From an uncultured delta proteobacterium (lineage in GTDB: Bacteria > Desulfobacterota > Binatia > Binatales > Binataceae), in NCBI GenBank assembly GCA_963796565.1, contig CAWCMA010000007.1:487044-551043 (forward strand): a stretch of DNA of 64,000 nt, written 5' to 3'. Below are positions 39,687 through 48,809 of the stretch, in pieces; positions within the stretch are counted from its first letter, which is position 1; each line of letters begins with the position of its first letter. The notes beneath the pieces were generated by a model. It saw nothing but the letters and a program-made list of their open reading frames with translations. It was not told the DNA's origin and made no database searches. Position numbers and translations under genes: made by a program.

Positions 39687-40682
39687 TCAGAATTCGGCCT
39701 TCAGTTCGCGGCTCAGCAGTTCATCGACCATAGCGTTTGCGGGCGCGCCTTCATAGAGCACCCGGCAGACGGCAATGACGATCGGCATCTCCACGCCCAG
39801 GCGCTCGGCTAGCCGCCTAATCGAGCGCGCGTTGGACACCCCTTCGGCCACCGGATGGCCGGGCGGTGTGCTCGCGGCGCCGCTCTCGCCCTGACCAACT
39901 TTGAGCCCCAGCGCACGGTTGCGCGAAAGGTTGCCGGTGCAGGTCAGCACGAGGTCGCCGAGCCCCGCGAGTCCGTAGATGGTCTCGGCGCGCGCACCGG
40001 CGCGAAGGCCCAGGCGCGTGAGTTCGGCCAGACCACGGGTAATCAAGGCCGCTCGGGCGCTGGAGCCGAGGCCAAGCCCGTCGCTGATGCCGGCGGCGAT
40101 CGCGATTACATTCTTGGCCGCGCCGGCCAGCTCGACCCCAGCAACGTCGACGCTTCGGTAGACGCGCAGCGAGCGCGAGGCGAACAGATCCTGCACGCCG
40201 CGCGAAACCGTTTCGTCGCGCGCCGCCACGACCACGGCGGCCGGCTTGCCGCGCGCTACTTCCGCGGCGAACGACGGCCCCGAGAGTACCGCCAGCCTTT
40301 TCACCGCGGGCGCGATCTCGGCCAGCATCGCGGTCATCGTTTTGAGCGAGTCACTCTCGATTCCCTTGGTGACGCTGATGAGCGTCACGTCCACGCCGAG
40401 CGCCGGGCCGACCGGCCTCATCGCCGCCCGCGCAAAACGCGACGGCACCGCCATCAGGACGGCTTCGCTCGCGCCTGCCGCCTCCGCCCATCGGTCGCTC
40501 AGTTCGATCGATTCGGGCAGTGCGACACCGGGCAGGTAGGACGCGTTCTCGCCTTGCGCGCGCATTGCCACGAGGTGCTCGGCGCGCCGCGCACACAGGG
40601 TTACGCGATGGCCTCCGCGGGCAAGGCCGACGGCGAGCGCCGTGCCCCACGCGCCTGCTCCCAAAACCGCTATCGTGCTCAT
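39687..40682 (-). CDS. gpsA: NAD(P)H-dependent glycerol-3-phosphate dehydrogenase
   Basis: MSTIAVLGAGAWGTALA Rossmann motif and GpsA family core. Confidence 0.9.
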   Translation of the reverse strand: MSTIAVLGAGAWGTALAVGLARGGHRVTLCARRAEHLVAMRAQGENASYLPGVALPESIELSDRWAEAAGASEAVLMAVPSRFARAAMRPVGPALGVDVTLISVTKGIESDSLKTMTAMLAEIAPAVKRLAVLSGPSFAAEVARGKPAAVVVAARDETVSRGVQDLFASRSLRVYRSVDVAGVELAGAAKNVIAIAAGISDGLGLGSSARAALITRGLAELTRLGLRAGARAETIYGLAGLGDLVLTCTGNLSRNRALGLKVGQGESGAASTPPGHPVAEGVSNARSIRRLAERLGVEMPIVIAVCRVLYEGAPANAMVDELLSRELKAEF

Positions 40683-40736
40683 CTTGCTATGCGCCGCCAT
40701 GCCGCGGACACGGCTGAACCGTCCGCCAAGCGCCTT

Positions 40737-41357
40737 CTACGCGACCGCCCTGACGATTCGGTACACCGGCTCGAGCTCGCGGTAGGCGTCGAGCAGCTCC
40801 GCGCGATCCAGGCGCAGCGCGTCGCGCACGCTCCATCCGAAGCCGAGGTCCATCCCGCCGGTTTTTTTGCCGAGCCCTTCGGCGAGCGCCGTAAAAAACT
40901 CATCGTCGGCCGGCATCTCCGCCGGCAGCGAGTTGAAACTCCATTTCTCGTAACGTGCGACTCTCGTTCCGCGCAGCGACTTCGCGAGCTGTGCGGAATT
41001 GCTCTTGAGCCCGCGCGCCATCTCCGGGCGCCGATCGGCTTCTGATTTGACCACCATGCGCGCGTGCAATCCGGCGCCCGAGATGCACAGAGCGAGATAG
41101 CCGTAGCGTTTGTAACCCTTGGGCGACGGCCCGAAGGCAGCCCACGTTTCGGGCGGCGGATTCACGGTGCGGCGCGCGTGCCTGGCGACGTGAGGGAAGA
41201 ACTCGAGATGGAGCTTGCGCGCCAGTTCCGGCGCCAACTCGTCGCCGAGCCTCACCAGTTTGGGCCGCACCCGTGCGTAAATCTCCTGCATGCGAGCGCT
41301 GAAGCCTTCGACTTTGAAGACCGCGAAGTCGGTCGGCGTAAAGCCCAGCCCTGCCAT
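40737..41357 (-). CDS. DUF1054 (YktB/UPF0637) family protein
   Basis: FFPHVARHARRTVNPPPETW matches the B. subtilis YktB motif HIARHQRRSVNPPENTW. Confidence 0.65.
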   Translation of the reverse strand: MAGLGFTPTDFAVFKVEGFSARMQEIYARVRPKLVRLGDELAPELARKLHLEFFPHVARHARRTVNPPPETWAAFGPSPKGYKRYGYLALCISGAGLHARMVVKSEADRRPEMARGLKSNSAQLAKSLRGTRVARYEKWSFNSLPAEMPADDEFFTALAEGLGKKTGGMDLGFGWSVRDALRLDRAELLDAYRELEPVYRIVRAVA

Positions 41358-41753
41358 TTATTCCTTGCGCGCCGCGTGGTGGCCCGCGATCGCCGCTTCC
41401 CAGTTCCGTCCGTCAAAGTGCTCGACCTTGAGCTGGGTGAGTTCGATTCCATCAAGACATCGCGCATTGACGTCGATCTTGTCCGGATCGGAGCGCGGAA
41501 TATAGAACGCCGCGACGCCGCAGTTGGAGCAGAAGTGATGCTTCGCGACGCCGGTGTTGAAGGTGTAGGTCGAGACATTTTCCGTCGGCGTCAGCAGGTG
41601 GAAGCTCTCGCGCGGCACGATCCAATGGAGGTAGCCCTTCTTCGTGCAGATCGAGCAGTTACATTCGCTAACGCGCTCGGGACGTCCCTCGACCTCGAAA
41701 GCGACCCGTCCGCAATGGCATCCGCCACGAGAAGCTGCACTTGTAGCGCTCAT
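41358..41753 (-). CDS. GFA-family (glutathione-dependent formaldehyde-activating / CENP-V-like) Zn protein
   Basis: CHCGRV...CNCSIC...CSNCG Cys pattern. Confidence 0.75.
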   Translation of the reverse strand: MSATSAASRGGCHCGRVAFEVEGRPERVSECNCSICTKKGYLHWIVPRESFHLLTPTENVSTYTFNTGVAKHHFCSNCGVAAFYIPRSDPDKIDVNARCLDGIELTQLKVEHFDGRNWEAAIAGHHAARKE

Positions 41754-41962
41754 CGACTATGAAACCTCCGGCTTGCGCAATCCGGCTCTTCTAATCCGAT
41801 GAAATGACGTAAGGATCGGAGTTTAGCCCGTTTCGCATGCTGCCCCAACCCGGACTGCGAGCGCGCGCCAGGGATGGCAATTCTGGCGCGCTTGTCCAAT
41901 GCTTTTGCACTCAATGCTTTTGCGCTAGACAGTAGGCAGCGGAAGAAGAGCGGAACAAAGAA

Positions 41963-43156
41963 ATGGATTTCAGCTACACTCCCGACGAGGAAGCCTTCCG
42001 GCTGCGCGCGCGCCAATGGCTCGAGGCCAACGCGCCGCGCGACATCCCCGACCGCGGTTTTTCGCTGCCGACCGACCCCGCGTCGATCCAGACGCTCAGA
42101 GACTGGCAGCGCCGGCTGTTCGAGGCGGGCTTCCTTGGCCTCTCGTGGCCGGTCGAATACGGCGGCCAGGGTAAGACGATCGTTTACAGCGCGATCTTCA
42201 GCGAAGAGATGGCGCGGGCGCGCGCGCCGTCGGCGCTCAATCTGATCGGGCTTTCCATGGCGGCGCCGACTATCCTGGAGCACGGGACCGACGAGCAGCA
42301 GCGCCGCTTCGTGCCGAAGATTCTCTCGTGCGAGGAAATCTGGTGCCAGGGATTTTCCGAACCCGGTTCCGGTTCCGACCTCGCCGCGCTGGCCAGCCGC
42401 GCCGAGCTTGCGGGCGACGAGTTTATCGTCAACGGCGCGAAAGTCTGGACCTCGCACGGACAAATCGCCGACTGGTGCATGCTGCTGGTGCGCACCGAGC
42501 CCGACAAGCCCAAGCATCGCGGGCTCAGCTACCTGCTGGTCGACATGCATAGCCCCGGCGTCACCGTGCGGCCGCTGCGCCAGATGACCGGCGAGGAGGA
42601 ATTCAACCAGCTCTTTTTCGACGACGTGCGCGTGCCGCGCAAAAACCTGCTCGGGCCGCAAGGCGGCGGATGGGGTGTCGCGCTGACCACGCTGATGAAC
42701 GAGCGGGCCACGCTGTCGCTCTCGATCGTCGCGCGCTTTGGCAACACCTTCGAGGAGCTCAGGCGCCTAGCCCTGCGCGCGCTCGAAGAGGGCACGACGC
42801 CACTCAGCGCGAGCGCCATCCGCCAGGCGCTGGCGCAGTTTTACATCGATGTCGAATCGATGAAGTACCTCGCGTACCGCAATTTCTCGCGCCTTTTGCG
42901 CGGTGGTACGCCGGGTCCCGAGGGCTCGATTTCCAAGCTGCTGTGGAGCGAGCTCAATCAGCGGATGAACGAGTTCGCACTCGCCGTGCAGGGTCCGCGC
43001 GCGGTGCTCGAGGAAGGATCGCCGTACGCGGTCGAGGGCGGGCGATGGCAGTATGGGACGTTGCGTGCGCGCGGCAACACGATCGAGGAGGGGACCTCCG
43101 AAATCCAGCGCAGCATCATCGCCGAGCGGCTGCTCGGGATGCCCAAGGGCTACTGA
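41963..43156 (+). CDS. Acyl-CoA dehydrogenase family protein
   Basis: ACAD N/M/C domains and a C-terminal EGTSEIQR catalytic region. Confidence 0.85.
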   Translation: MDFSYTPDEEAFRLRARQWLEANAPRDIPDRGFSLPTDPASIQTLRDWQRRLFEAGFLGLSWPVEYGGQGKTIVYSAIFSEEMARARAPSALNLIGLSMAAPTILEHGTDEQQRRFVPKILSCEEIWCQGFSEPGSGSDLAALASRAELAGDEFIVNGAKVWTSHGQIADWCMLLVRTEPDKPKHRGLSYLLVDMHSPGVTVRPLRQMTGEEEFNQLFFDDVRVPRKNLLGPQGGGWGVALTTLMNERATLSLSIVARFGNTFEELRRLALRALEEGTTPLSASAIRQALAQFYIDVESMKYLAYRNFSRLLRGGTPGPEGSISKLLWSELNQRMNEFALAVQGPRAVLEEGSPYAVEGGRWQYGTLRARGNTIEEGTSEIQRSIIAERLLGMPKGY

Positions 43157-44135
43157 GCGCTCCGCGCGTTAGCCGCTGGTGAGCGAGGAACCAGAGCGCC
43201 AGCAGGGTGGTGCCGATTCCGACCGCGAACGGATAGGCGAGCGTCGGCTTGTCCATCACCAGCGGCAGCAAAGCTACGGCCAGCGCAGGCGGCACGTGAA
43301 GATCGCACACGCGCAGCACAGCGATTCCCCACGCCATGCTGCTGGCCGCGGTAAGCGGCGTCACCCCGAGAAAGTGCCACGCTACGAGTCCGCCCAGTGC
43401 GGTGAGGAAACACGCCACTGGCAGCCGCAGCGGTTTGTTCGCCCACGGGCATATGGCGGTATGCCCCAGCATCTCGAATCCGATTACCACCAGCGGCGGG
43501 AATAGCAGGAAGCGAAGCCCGGTCAGCTTTACGAAAAAAACCGCCACCGCGACGAACGCCATCAGCGCCACCAGCCATCCATAGCCGCTCGGCGGCAACT
43601 CGATAAGATCGTCGACGAGGTCGTTGCGGACCTCGTCGCTCTCTGCAGGCGCGGCCAGTGTGTGCGTGAAGCAATATTTTTTCCACGGCACGGAGAGCGT
43701 CGCGAGCAGCACGGTTCCGAGCAAGATAGCGGGCGGGTACCACCAGCTTTTCACCCCGAGCACCAGCGGCAGCAGGCCCGCGGAAATCGCCGGCGCTACA
43801 GGCGAACGCAAGGCGAGAACGACCGCAATCGCGCCGGCCACGGTAAGCAGGACCGACAGGTATCCGTACGGGAGATTTCGCGTGAAGACGATGCCGACCA
43901 CGCCGGTTAGCGCGGGGGTGATCGCGAGCAGCAGCGGCGCGTTGGCCCAGGTTCCGCGCGGCCGCACCATCACATCGTGCGAGAGCGCGCCGAGCTCGGG
44001 GAACAGAACGTAGAAAGCGCCGGTCGCCAGGGCTATCTCGGCGATGATCGCGATGTATACGAGCGCGATCATTTCTCCGCCGAGCCGGTAAAATCCATGA
44101 AGCGGCGCGACGCCGGTCGCGCGTTCGCCGCTCAT
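43116..44135 (-). CDS. Polytopic membrane protein, possibly HPP-family-like
   Basis: Hydrophobic throughout. LHVPPALAVALLP motif. Start uncertain. Confidence 0.45.
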   Translation of the reverse strand: MSGERATGVAPLHGFYRLGGEMIALVYIAIIAEIALATGAFYVLFPELGALSHDVMVRPRGTWANAPLLLAITPALTGVVGIVFTRNLPYGYLSVLLTVAGAIAVVLALRSPVAPAISAGLLPLVLGVKSWWYPPAILLGTVLLATLSVPWKKYCFTHTLAAPAESDEVRNDLVDDLIELPPSGYGWLVALMAFVAVAVFFVKLTGLRFLLFPPLVVIGFEMLGHTAICPWANKPLRLPVACFLTALGGLVAWHFLGVTPLTAASSMAWGIAVLRVCDLHVPPALAVALLPLVMDKPTLAYPFAVGIGTTLLALWFLAHQRLTRGALSSPWASRAAARR

Positions 44136-44238
44136 GACGGCGGGCGCCGCGGTTCGCGCGTGAGGTTATGAAGAGCGCTCAACTTGGGATACCAATAACA
44201 TATAATGGTGCTTGGATGACCAAGAGGCATGCACGGTG

Positions 44239-45249
44239 ATGGCTGCTAATGCGCAGGCGAGACTTCAGCTCGCGCCGGCATCCGCTACGAACTTTGATCG
44301 GATGCTGAGGCGGCACGGCCTTGGCTCTTTGAAACGAGCGAAGGCCGCAACGCTGCAAGTCAACGTCGGCAAGCTCTGCAACCAGGCGTGCCATCACTGC
44401 CACGTCGACGCCGGACCCGCGCGCACCGAGCGAATGGAGCGCGCGACGGCGGAGCGCGTGCTCGAACTGCTCGCGCGTAGCCCCGCGGTGCGCACGGTCG
44501 ACCTGACCGGCGGCGCGCCGGAGCTCAACGAAAATTTCCGCATGCTGGTCGAGGGCGGACGTCGCTCGGGGCGCGAGGTGATGGTCCGATGCAACCTCAC
44601 CGTGATGTTCGAACCCGGGATGGAACGGCTCGGCGAATTCTACCGCGACAACCGCGTGGCGCTGGTCTGCTCGCTGCCGTGCTACAGCGCCGCGAACGTC
44701 GAACGCCAGCGCGGGCGTGGCGTCTTCGAGAAAAGTATCGCGGCCCTGCGCAACCTGAACGCTCTGGGCTACGGCGACGGCGATCTCGAGCTTAGCCTGG
44801 TCTACAACCCCGTCGGCCCCGTACTGCCGCCGCCGCAGGCCGCGCTCGAAGCGGACTATCGCCGGGAACTCAGTGTTTATGGCGTGCGCTTCAATCGCTT
44901 GCTGACGATCGTCAACATGCCGATCGCGCGCTTCGCCCACCAGTTGCATCAATGGGACAAGTACGCGGACTACATGGGGTTGTTGGTCAACCACTTCAAT
45001 CCGGGCACGGTTGAAGGACTGATGTGCCGCGCGATGGTTAGCGTCGGATGGGACGGGCAGCTTTACGATTGCGACTTCAACCAGATGCTCGACATCCCGA
45101 TTGGCGCGGGCGCGCGCGGAACGCTCACACTGTGGGACATCGACGATCTCGACACGCTCGCTGGCGCACCGATCGCGACCGGCGCGCATTGCTTTGGATG
45201 CACGGCCGGCGCGGGTTCGAGCTGCGGCGGCGCCCTGGTCGATCAATAA
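44239..45249 (+). CDS. Radical SAM / Cys-rich-domain protein (ArsS-like family, all-Cys version)
   Basis: CNQACHHC radical-SAM cluster motif and a C-terminal CFGCTAGAGSSCGG Cys-rich tail. Confidence 0.7.
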   Translation: MAANAQARLQLAPASATNFDRMLRRHGLGSLKRAKAATLQVNVGKLCNQACHHCHVDAGPARTERMERATAERVLELLARSPAVRTVDLTGGAPELNENFRMLVEGGRRSGREVMVRCNLTVMFEPGMERLGEFYRDNRVALVCSLPCYSAANVERQRGRGVFEKSIAALRNLNALGYGDGDLELSLVYNPVGPVLPPPQAALEADYRRELSVYGVRFNRLLTIVNMPIARFAHQLHQWDKYADYMGLLVNHFNPGTVEGLMCRAMVSVGWDGQLYDCDFNQMLDIPIGAGARGTLTLWDIDDLDTLAGAPIATGAHCFGCTAGAGSSCGGALVDQ

Positions 45250-45300
45250 GAAATCAAAGTAATCGCAATAAGTAATTGCATAGAAAAGTCAGAGGAAGGA

Positions 45301-46461
45301 ATGGCTGAGGTCACGATCGAAGGAACTTGTGACGCGCGGTTTGCGCGCGTGCGCGAGGCTTTTGCCGACAACTTCGAAAGCTGCAGCGAGACCGGAGCGT
45401 CGGTCGCGATCACCTTGGACGGCCGCATCGTCGTCGACTTGTGGAGCGGATGGGCCGACAAAGCGCGGACGCGGCGGTGGGCGCGCGAAACGATCGTCAA
45501 CGTCTACTCGACCACCAAAGGGCTCACCGCGATTTGCGCTCATCGGCTCGCCGGCGAGGGCCGGCTCGAACTCGACGCGCCGGTTGCGAAGTACTGGCCC
45601 GAGTTTGCCGCGAACGGCAAAGATCAGATCGCCGTCCGCGCGCTGCTCAACCATCGCGCCGGCCTCCCCGCGATTCGCAAACCGCTTGAACCCCAAGACC
45701 TTTATGACTGGCAGACGATGACCGACGCGCTGGCGGCTGAAGAGCCGTGGTGGGAGCCCGGTACCAGGCATGGCTACCATGCGCTCACTTTCGGCTACCT
45801 GGTCGGCGAAGTGATCCGCCGAATCACCGGCAAGAGCGTCGGAAATTATTTCACCGACGAAATCGCCGCGCCGCTCAAGCTCGATGCGCATATCGGGCTC
45901 GACGCGCGCGAGGACAGCCGCGTCGCCCAGATGATCGGCGCGCCGCCGCTGGAGCCGGGCCAATTCAACCTCTTTGCCGAAGCGGCCAAGTATCCCGAGT
46001 CTGTCACGGCGAAGACCTTCATGAACCCGCTGGTGCTGTCGATGGCTACAGTGAACTCGCGCGGATGGCGCGGCGCCGAGATTCCAGCCGCCAACGGCCA
46101 TACCAACGGCCGCGCGCTGGCGCGGTTGTACGGCGCTCTTGCACGCGGCGGCGAGCTCGACGGGGTGCGCGTGATGGAGGCGCGCGAGATTCCCGCCTGT
46201 TATCTCGAGGAGTCGCGCGGCCGCGATGAGGTGCTACTGATTTCGACCCGTTTTTCGTCCGGCTTCATGCTCTCGCAGCCGGACGAGGAAATGGGGCCCA
46301 ACACGAGCGCGTTTGGCCATCCGGGCGCCGGCGGATCGCTCGGGTTTGCGGACCCCGAGGCGAAAATCGGCTTCGGCTACGCGATGAACCGGATGGGGGC
46401 GGGAATCCTACTCGACCCGCGCGCCAAGGCGCTCATCGCCGCGGCGTACGAATCGCTCTGA
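45301..46461 (+). CDS. Serine hydrolase of the beta-lactamase/transpeptidase superfamily (class C beta-lactamase / EstB-like esterase)
   Basis: S-x-x-K motif STTK and a YxN-like context. Confidence 0.8.
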   Translation: MAEVTIEGTCDARFARVREAFADNFESCSETGASVAITLDGRIVVDLWSGWADKARTRRWARETIVNVYSTTKGLTAICAHRLAGEGRLELDAPVAKYWPEFAANGKDQIAVRALLNHRAGLPAIRKPLEPQDLYDWQTMTDALAAEEPWWEPGTRHGYHALTFGYLVGEVIRRITGKSVGNYFTDEIAAPLKLDAHIGLDAREDSRVAQMIGAPPLEPGQFNLFAEAAKYPESVTAKTFMNPLVLSMATVNSRGWRGAEIPAANGHTNGRALARLYGALARGGELDGVRVMEAREIPACYLEESRGRDEVLLISTRFSSGFMLSQPDEEMGPNTSAFGHPGAGGSLGFADPEAKIGFGYAMNRMGAGILLDPRAKALIAAAYESL

Positions 46462-46572
46462 CCGCGACAAAAAGTCGTTACACCGTTGCATCGCGGCTTG
46501 CGTTGGAAAAGGCCGGCTAATCCGCTATTCATAATCCGATTAGAACTGCTTGCTGAGAAGCCTTAGGCGAAG

Positions 46573-46938
46573 GTGTCCGGAATGCTGCTCACCTGGTTTC
46601 CGATTCTGGTAACGCTCGCGGTCGCGGCGCTGGTCGTCGGCGGCATGGTCACCATCAATCGCCTGACCGGGCCGCGGCGGCCCAGCAAGATCAAGGGGGA
46701 GTCGTTCGAGTGCGGCAATCCGCCAAGCGGCGCGGCATGGGGACGTTTCTCGATACACTTTTACATGACGGCGCTGCTGTTCGTGGTCTTCGACGTCGAA
46801 GTGGTTTTCCTCTACCCGTGGGCAGTCGAGTTGCGCCATCTCGGGATGTTTGGTCTGGTCGAAGCGCTGGTCTTCATCGGTATCCTCGTGGTTGGCCTCG
46901 TTTACGCCTGGCAGCGCGGCGCGCTCGATTGGACTTGA
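46573..46938 (+). CDS. nuoA: NADH-quinone oxidoreductase subunit A
   Basis: 3-TM protein with FECG and the YPWAV motif. Confidence 0.85.
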   Translation: MSGMLLTWFPILVTLAVAALVVGGMVTINRLTGPRRPSKIKGESFECGNPPSGAAWGRFSIHFYMTALLFVVFDVEVVFLYPWAVELRHLGMFGLVEALVFIGILVVGLVYAWQRGALDWT

Positions 46939-46966
46939 GCCCGGCCGGCCGCTGCGAAACGGAAAA

Positions 46967-47467
46967 ATGTTGCTCGATCAATTAAAGGAGCGGTTCGGCG
47001 CGGATATTGTCGCGGCCGAGAGCGCCCGCGACGAGGAGACAATCGCGATCGCGCGCGAGCGGGCGCTCGACTTGATGCGCGCGCTGCGCGACGAAGAAGC
47101 GTTCGCCTTCGATTTCCTCGCCGACCTCACCGCGGTCGATTGGCCCGCGCGCGCGCCGCGCTTCGACGTCGTCTATCAGCTGCACTCGATCAAGCGGGGC
47201 CATCGCCTGCGCGTGAAGGTCGCAACCGGCGAGCCCGATCCGTCGGTTACCAGCGTGACGGGGCTGTGGAAGTCCGCCGACTGGCTCGAGCGCGAGTGCT
47301 ACGACATGTTCGGTCTCCGCTTCGAGGGTCATCCCGACCTCCGCCGCATCCTGATGTACGATTCCTTCGAAGGCCATCCGCTGCGCAAAGACTACCCGGT
47401 GAATCGGCGCCAGCCGATAGTGCCCGAGACCGACCCGATTCTGAATCCGCTGCGGCCCTCGCGCTGA
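46967..47467 (+). CDS. nuoC: NADH-quinone oxidoreductase subunit C (30 kDa)
   Basis: ERECYDMFGLRFEGHPDLRRIL signature. It starts 28 nt after nuoA, with no nuoB. Confidence 0.88.
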   Translation: MLLDQLKERFGADIVAAESARDEETIAIARERALDLMRALRDEEAFAFDFLADLTAVDWPARAPRFDVVYQLHSIKRGHRLRVKVATGEPDPSVTSVTGLWKSADWLERECYDMFGLRFEGHPDLRRILMYDSFEGHPLRKDYPVNRRQPIVPETDPILNPLRPSR

Positions 47468-47506
47468 GCGCGGCCGCACGAACCACAACCGACACCGAGA
47501 GAGTAC

Positions 47507-48721
47507 ATGGCACTGCCCGCGCGCTGGAGCAAAAATGCCGAGGTCACGGATCCGACCGACGAGGTGATGGAGATCCAGATGGGGCCGTCTCATCCGGCCT
47601 CTCACGGCACCATCAAGTTCAATCTCAAGCTCGACGGCGAGCGCATCGTCGATTGCGACGTCGAAGTCGGCTACCTCCATCGCGGCTTCGAAAAGATGTG
47701 CGAACAGGGCACCTGGACGCAGTGTTTTCCGTACACTGACCGTCTCAACTACGCCTCCCCATGCATCAACAACGTCGGTTTCGCACTCGCGGTCGAGCGC
47801 CTGCTCGGCGTCAGCGCGCCCGAGCGATGCCAGTACGCGCGCGTCATCATGAGCGAGGTCCATCGCCTGGCCGACCATCTCACTTGTCTCGGGATGGCGG
47901 CGGGCGAGGTGGGCGCGCAGAGCGTGATGTTCTACATGATGGAGGCGCGCGAGTTTCTCTACGACCTGGTCGAGGCGGTTACCGGCGCGCGGCTGACGGT
48001 GACCTGGTGCCGGGCGGGGGGAATCACGCGCGATCTGCCGGCGGACCTGGGCGCGCGCATCGCGCTCGCGTTCAGCCATCTCGACGGTATCCTGTCGGAC
48101 TGCGACAAGCTTCTGAGCCGCAACCGCGTGTTCATCGATCGCATGGCGGACATCGGCGTGATGGCGGCCGACGAGGCGATCTCATACGGCCTTTCGGGCC
48201 CGCTGCTGCGCGCCTCAGGTGTCGCCTACGACGTGCGCAAGGCGCATCCGTACCTGGTCTACGATCGCTTCGAGTTCGAGGTCCCGACCGGCAACAAGGG
48301 CGACAACTACGACCGCTTCAACGTGCGCTTCCAGGAGATGTATCAGTCCAGGCGAATTATCGAACAGGCGATGCGCACGCTGCCCGAGGGGCCAATCGCG
48401 CTTGACGATCCGCGCATCGTGCTGCCGCCCAAGGAGCGCGTCTACAATTCCATCGAGGGGCTGATGAACCACTTCAAGCTCATCATGGAGGGCATCAAGG
48501 TGCCGGCGGGCGAGGTCTACCAGGCGGTCGAGGGCTCCAACGGCGAGTTGGGCTTTTATGTGGTGAGCGACGGTAGCGGCCGCCCTTACCGGGTGCGCGT
48601 GCGTCCGCCGTGTTTTCTCGGGATGGGGGCGCTGTCGCGGATGCTGACCGGCCATATGATCGCGGACATCGTGGCGACCTTCGGCATGATCAACATGATC
48701 GGCGGCGAGTGCGACCGCTGA
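47507..48721 (+). CDS. nuoD: NADH-quinone oxidoreductase subunit D (49 kDa)
   Basis: MGPSHPASHGT N-terminus and the full NuoD length. Confidence 0.92.
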   Translation: MALPARWSKNAEVTDPTDEVMEIQMGPSHPASHGTIKFNLKLDGERIVDCDVEVGYLHRGFEKMCEQGTWTQCFPYTDRLNYASPCINNVGFALAVERLLGVSAPERCQYARVIMSEVHRLADHLTCLGMAAGEVGAQSVMFYMMEAREFLYDLVEAVTGARLTVTWCRAGGITRDLPADLGARIALAFSHLDGILSDCDKLLSRNRVFIDRMADIGVMAADEAISYGLSGPLLRASGVAYDVRKAHPYLVYDRFEFEVPTGNKGDNYDRFNVRFQEMYQSRRIIEQAMRTLPEGPIALDDPRIVLPPKERVYNSIEGLMNHFKLIMEGIKVPAGEVYQAVEGSNGELGFYVVSDGSGRPYRVRVRPPCFLGMGALSRMLTGHMIADIVATFGMINMIGGECDR

Positions 48722-48809
48722 GGATAGCGTCGCGCGCCGGTTTCCGGAGGCTTCTGTCGGCTACCAAGTTCGGCTGCTAAGCTCGGCTGCTAGGTTAGCC
48801 CGAAGCCGC

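Noticed and set aside
46938-46967. Hidden nuoB between nuoA and nuoC
   Set aside because: Only 28 nt separate the genes. No frame in any strand encodes the CCxxE/CP Fe-S motifs of NuoB anywhere in 46400-48800.
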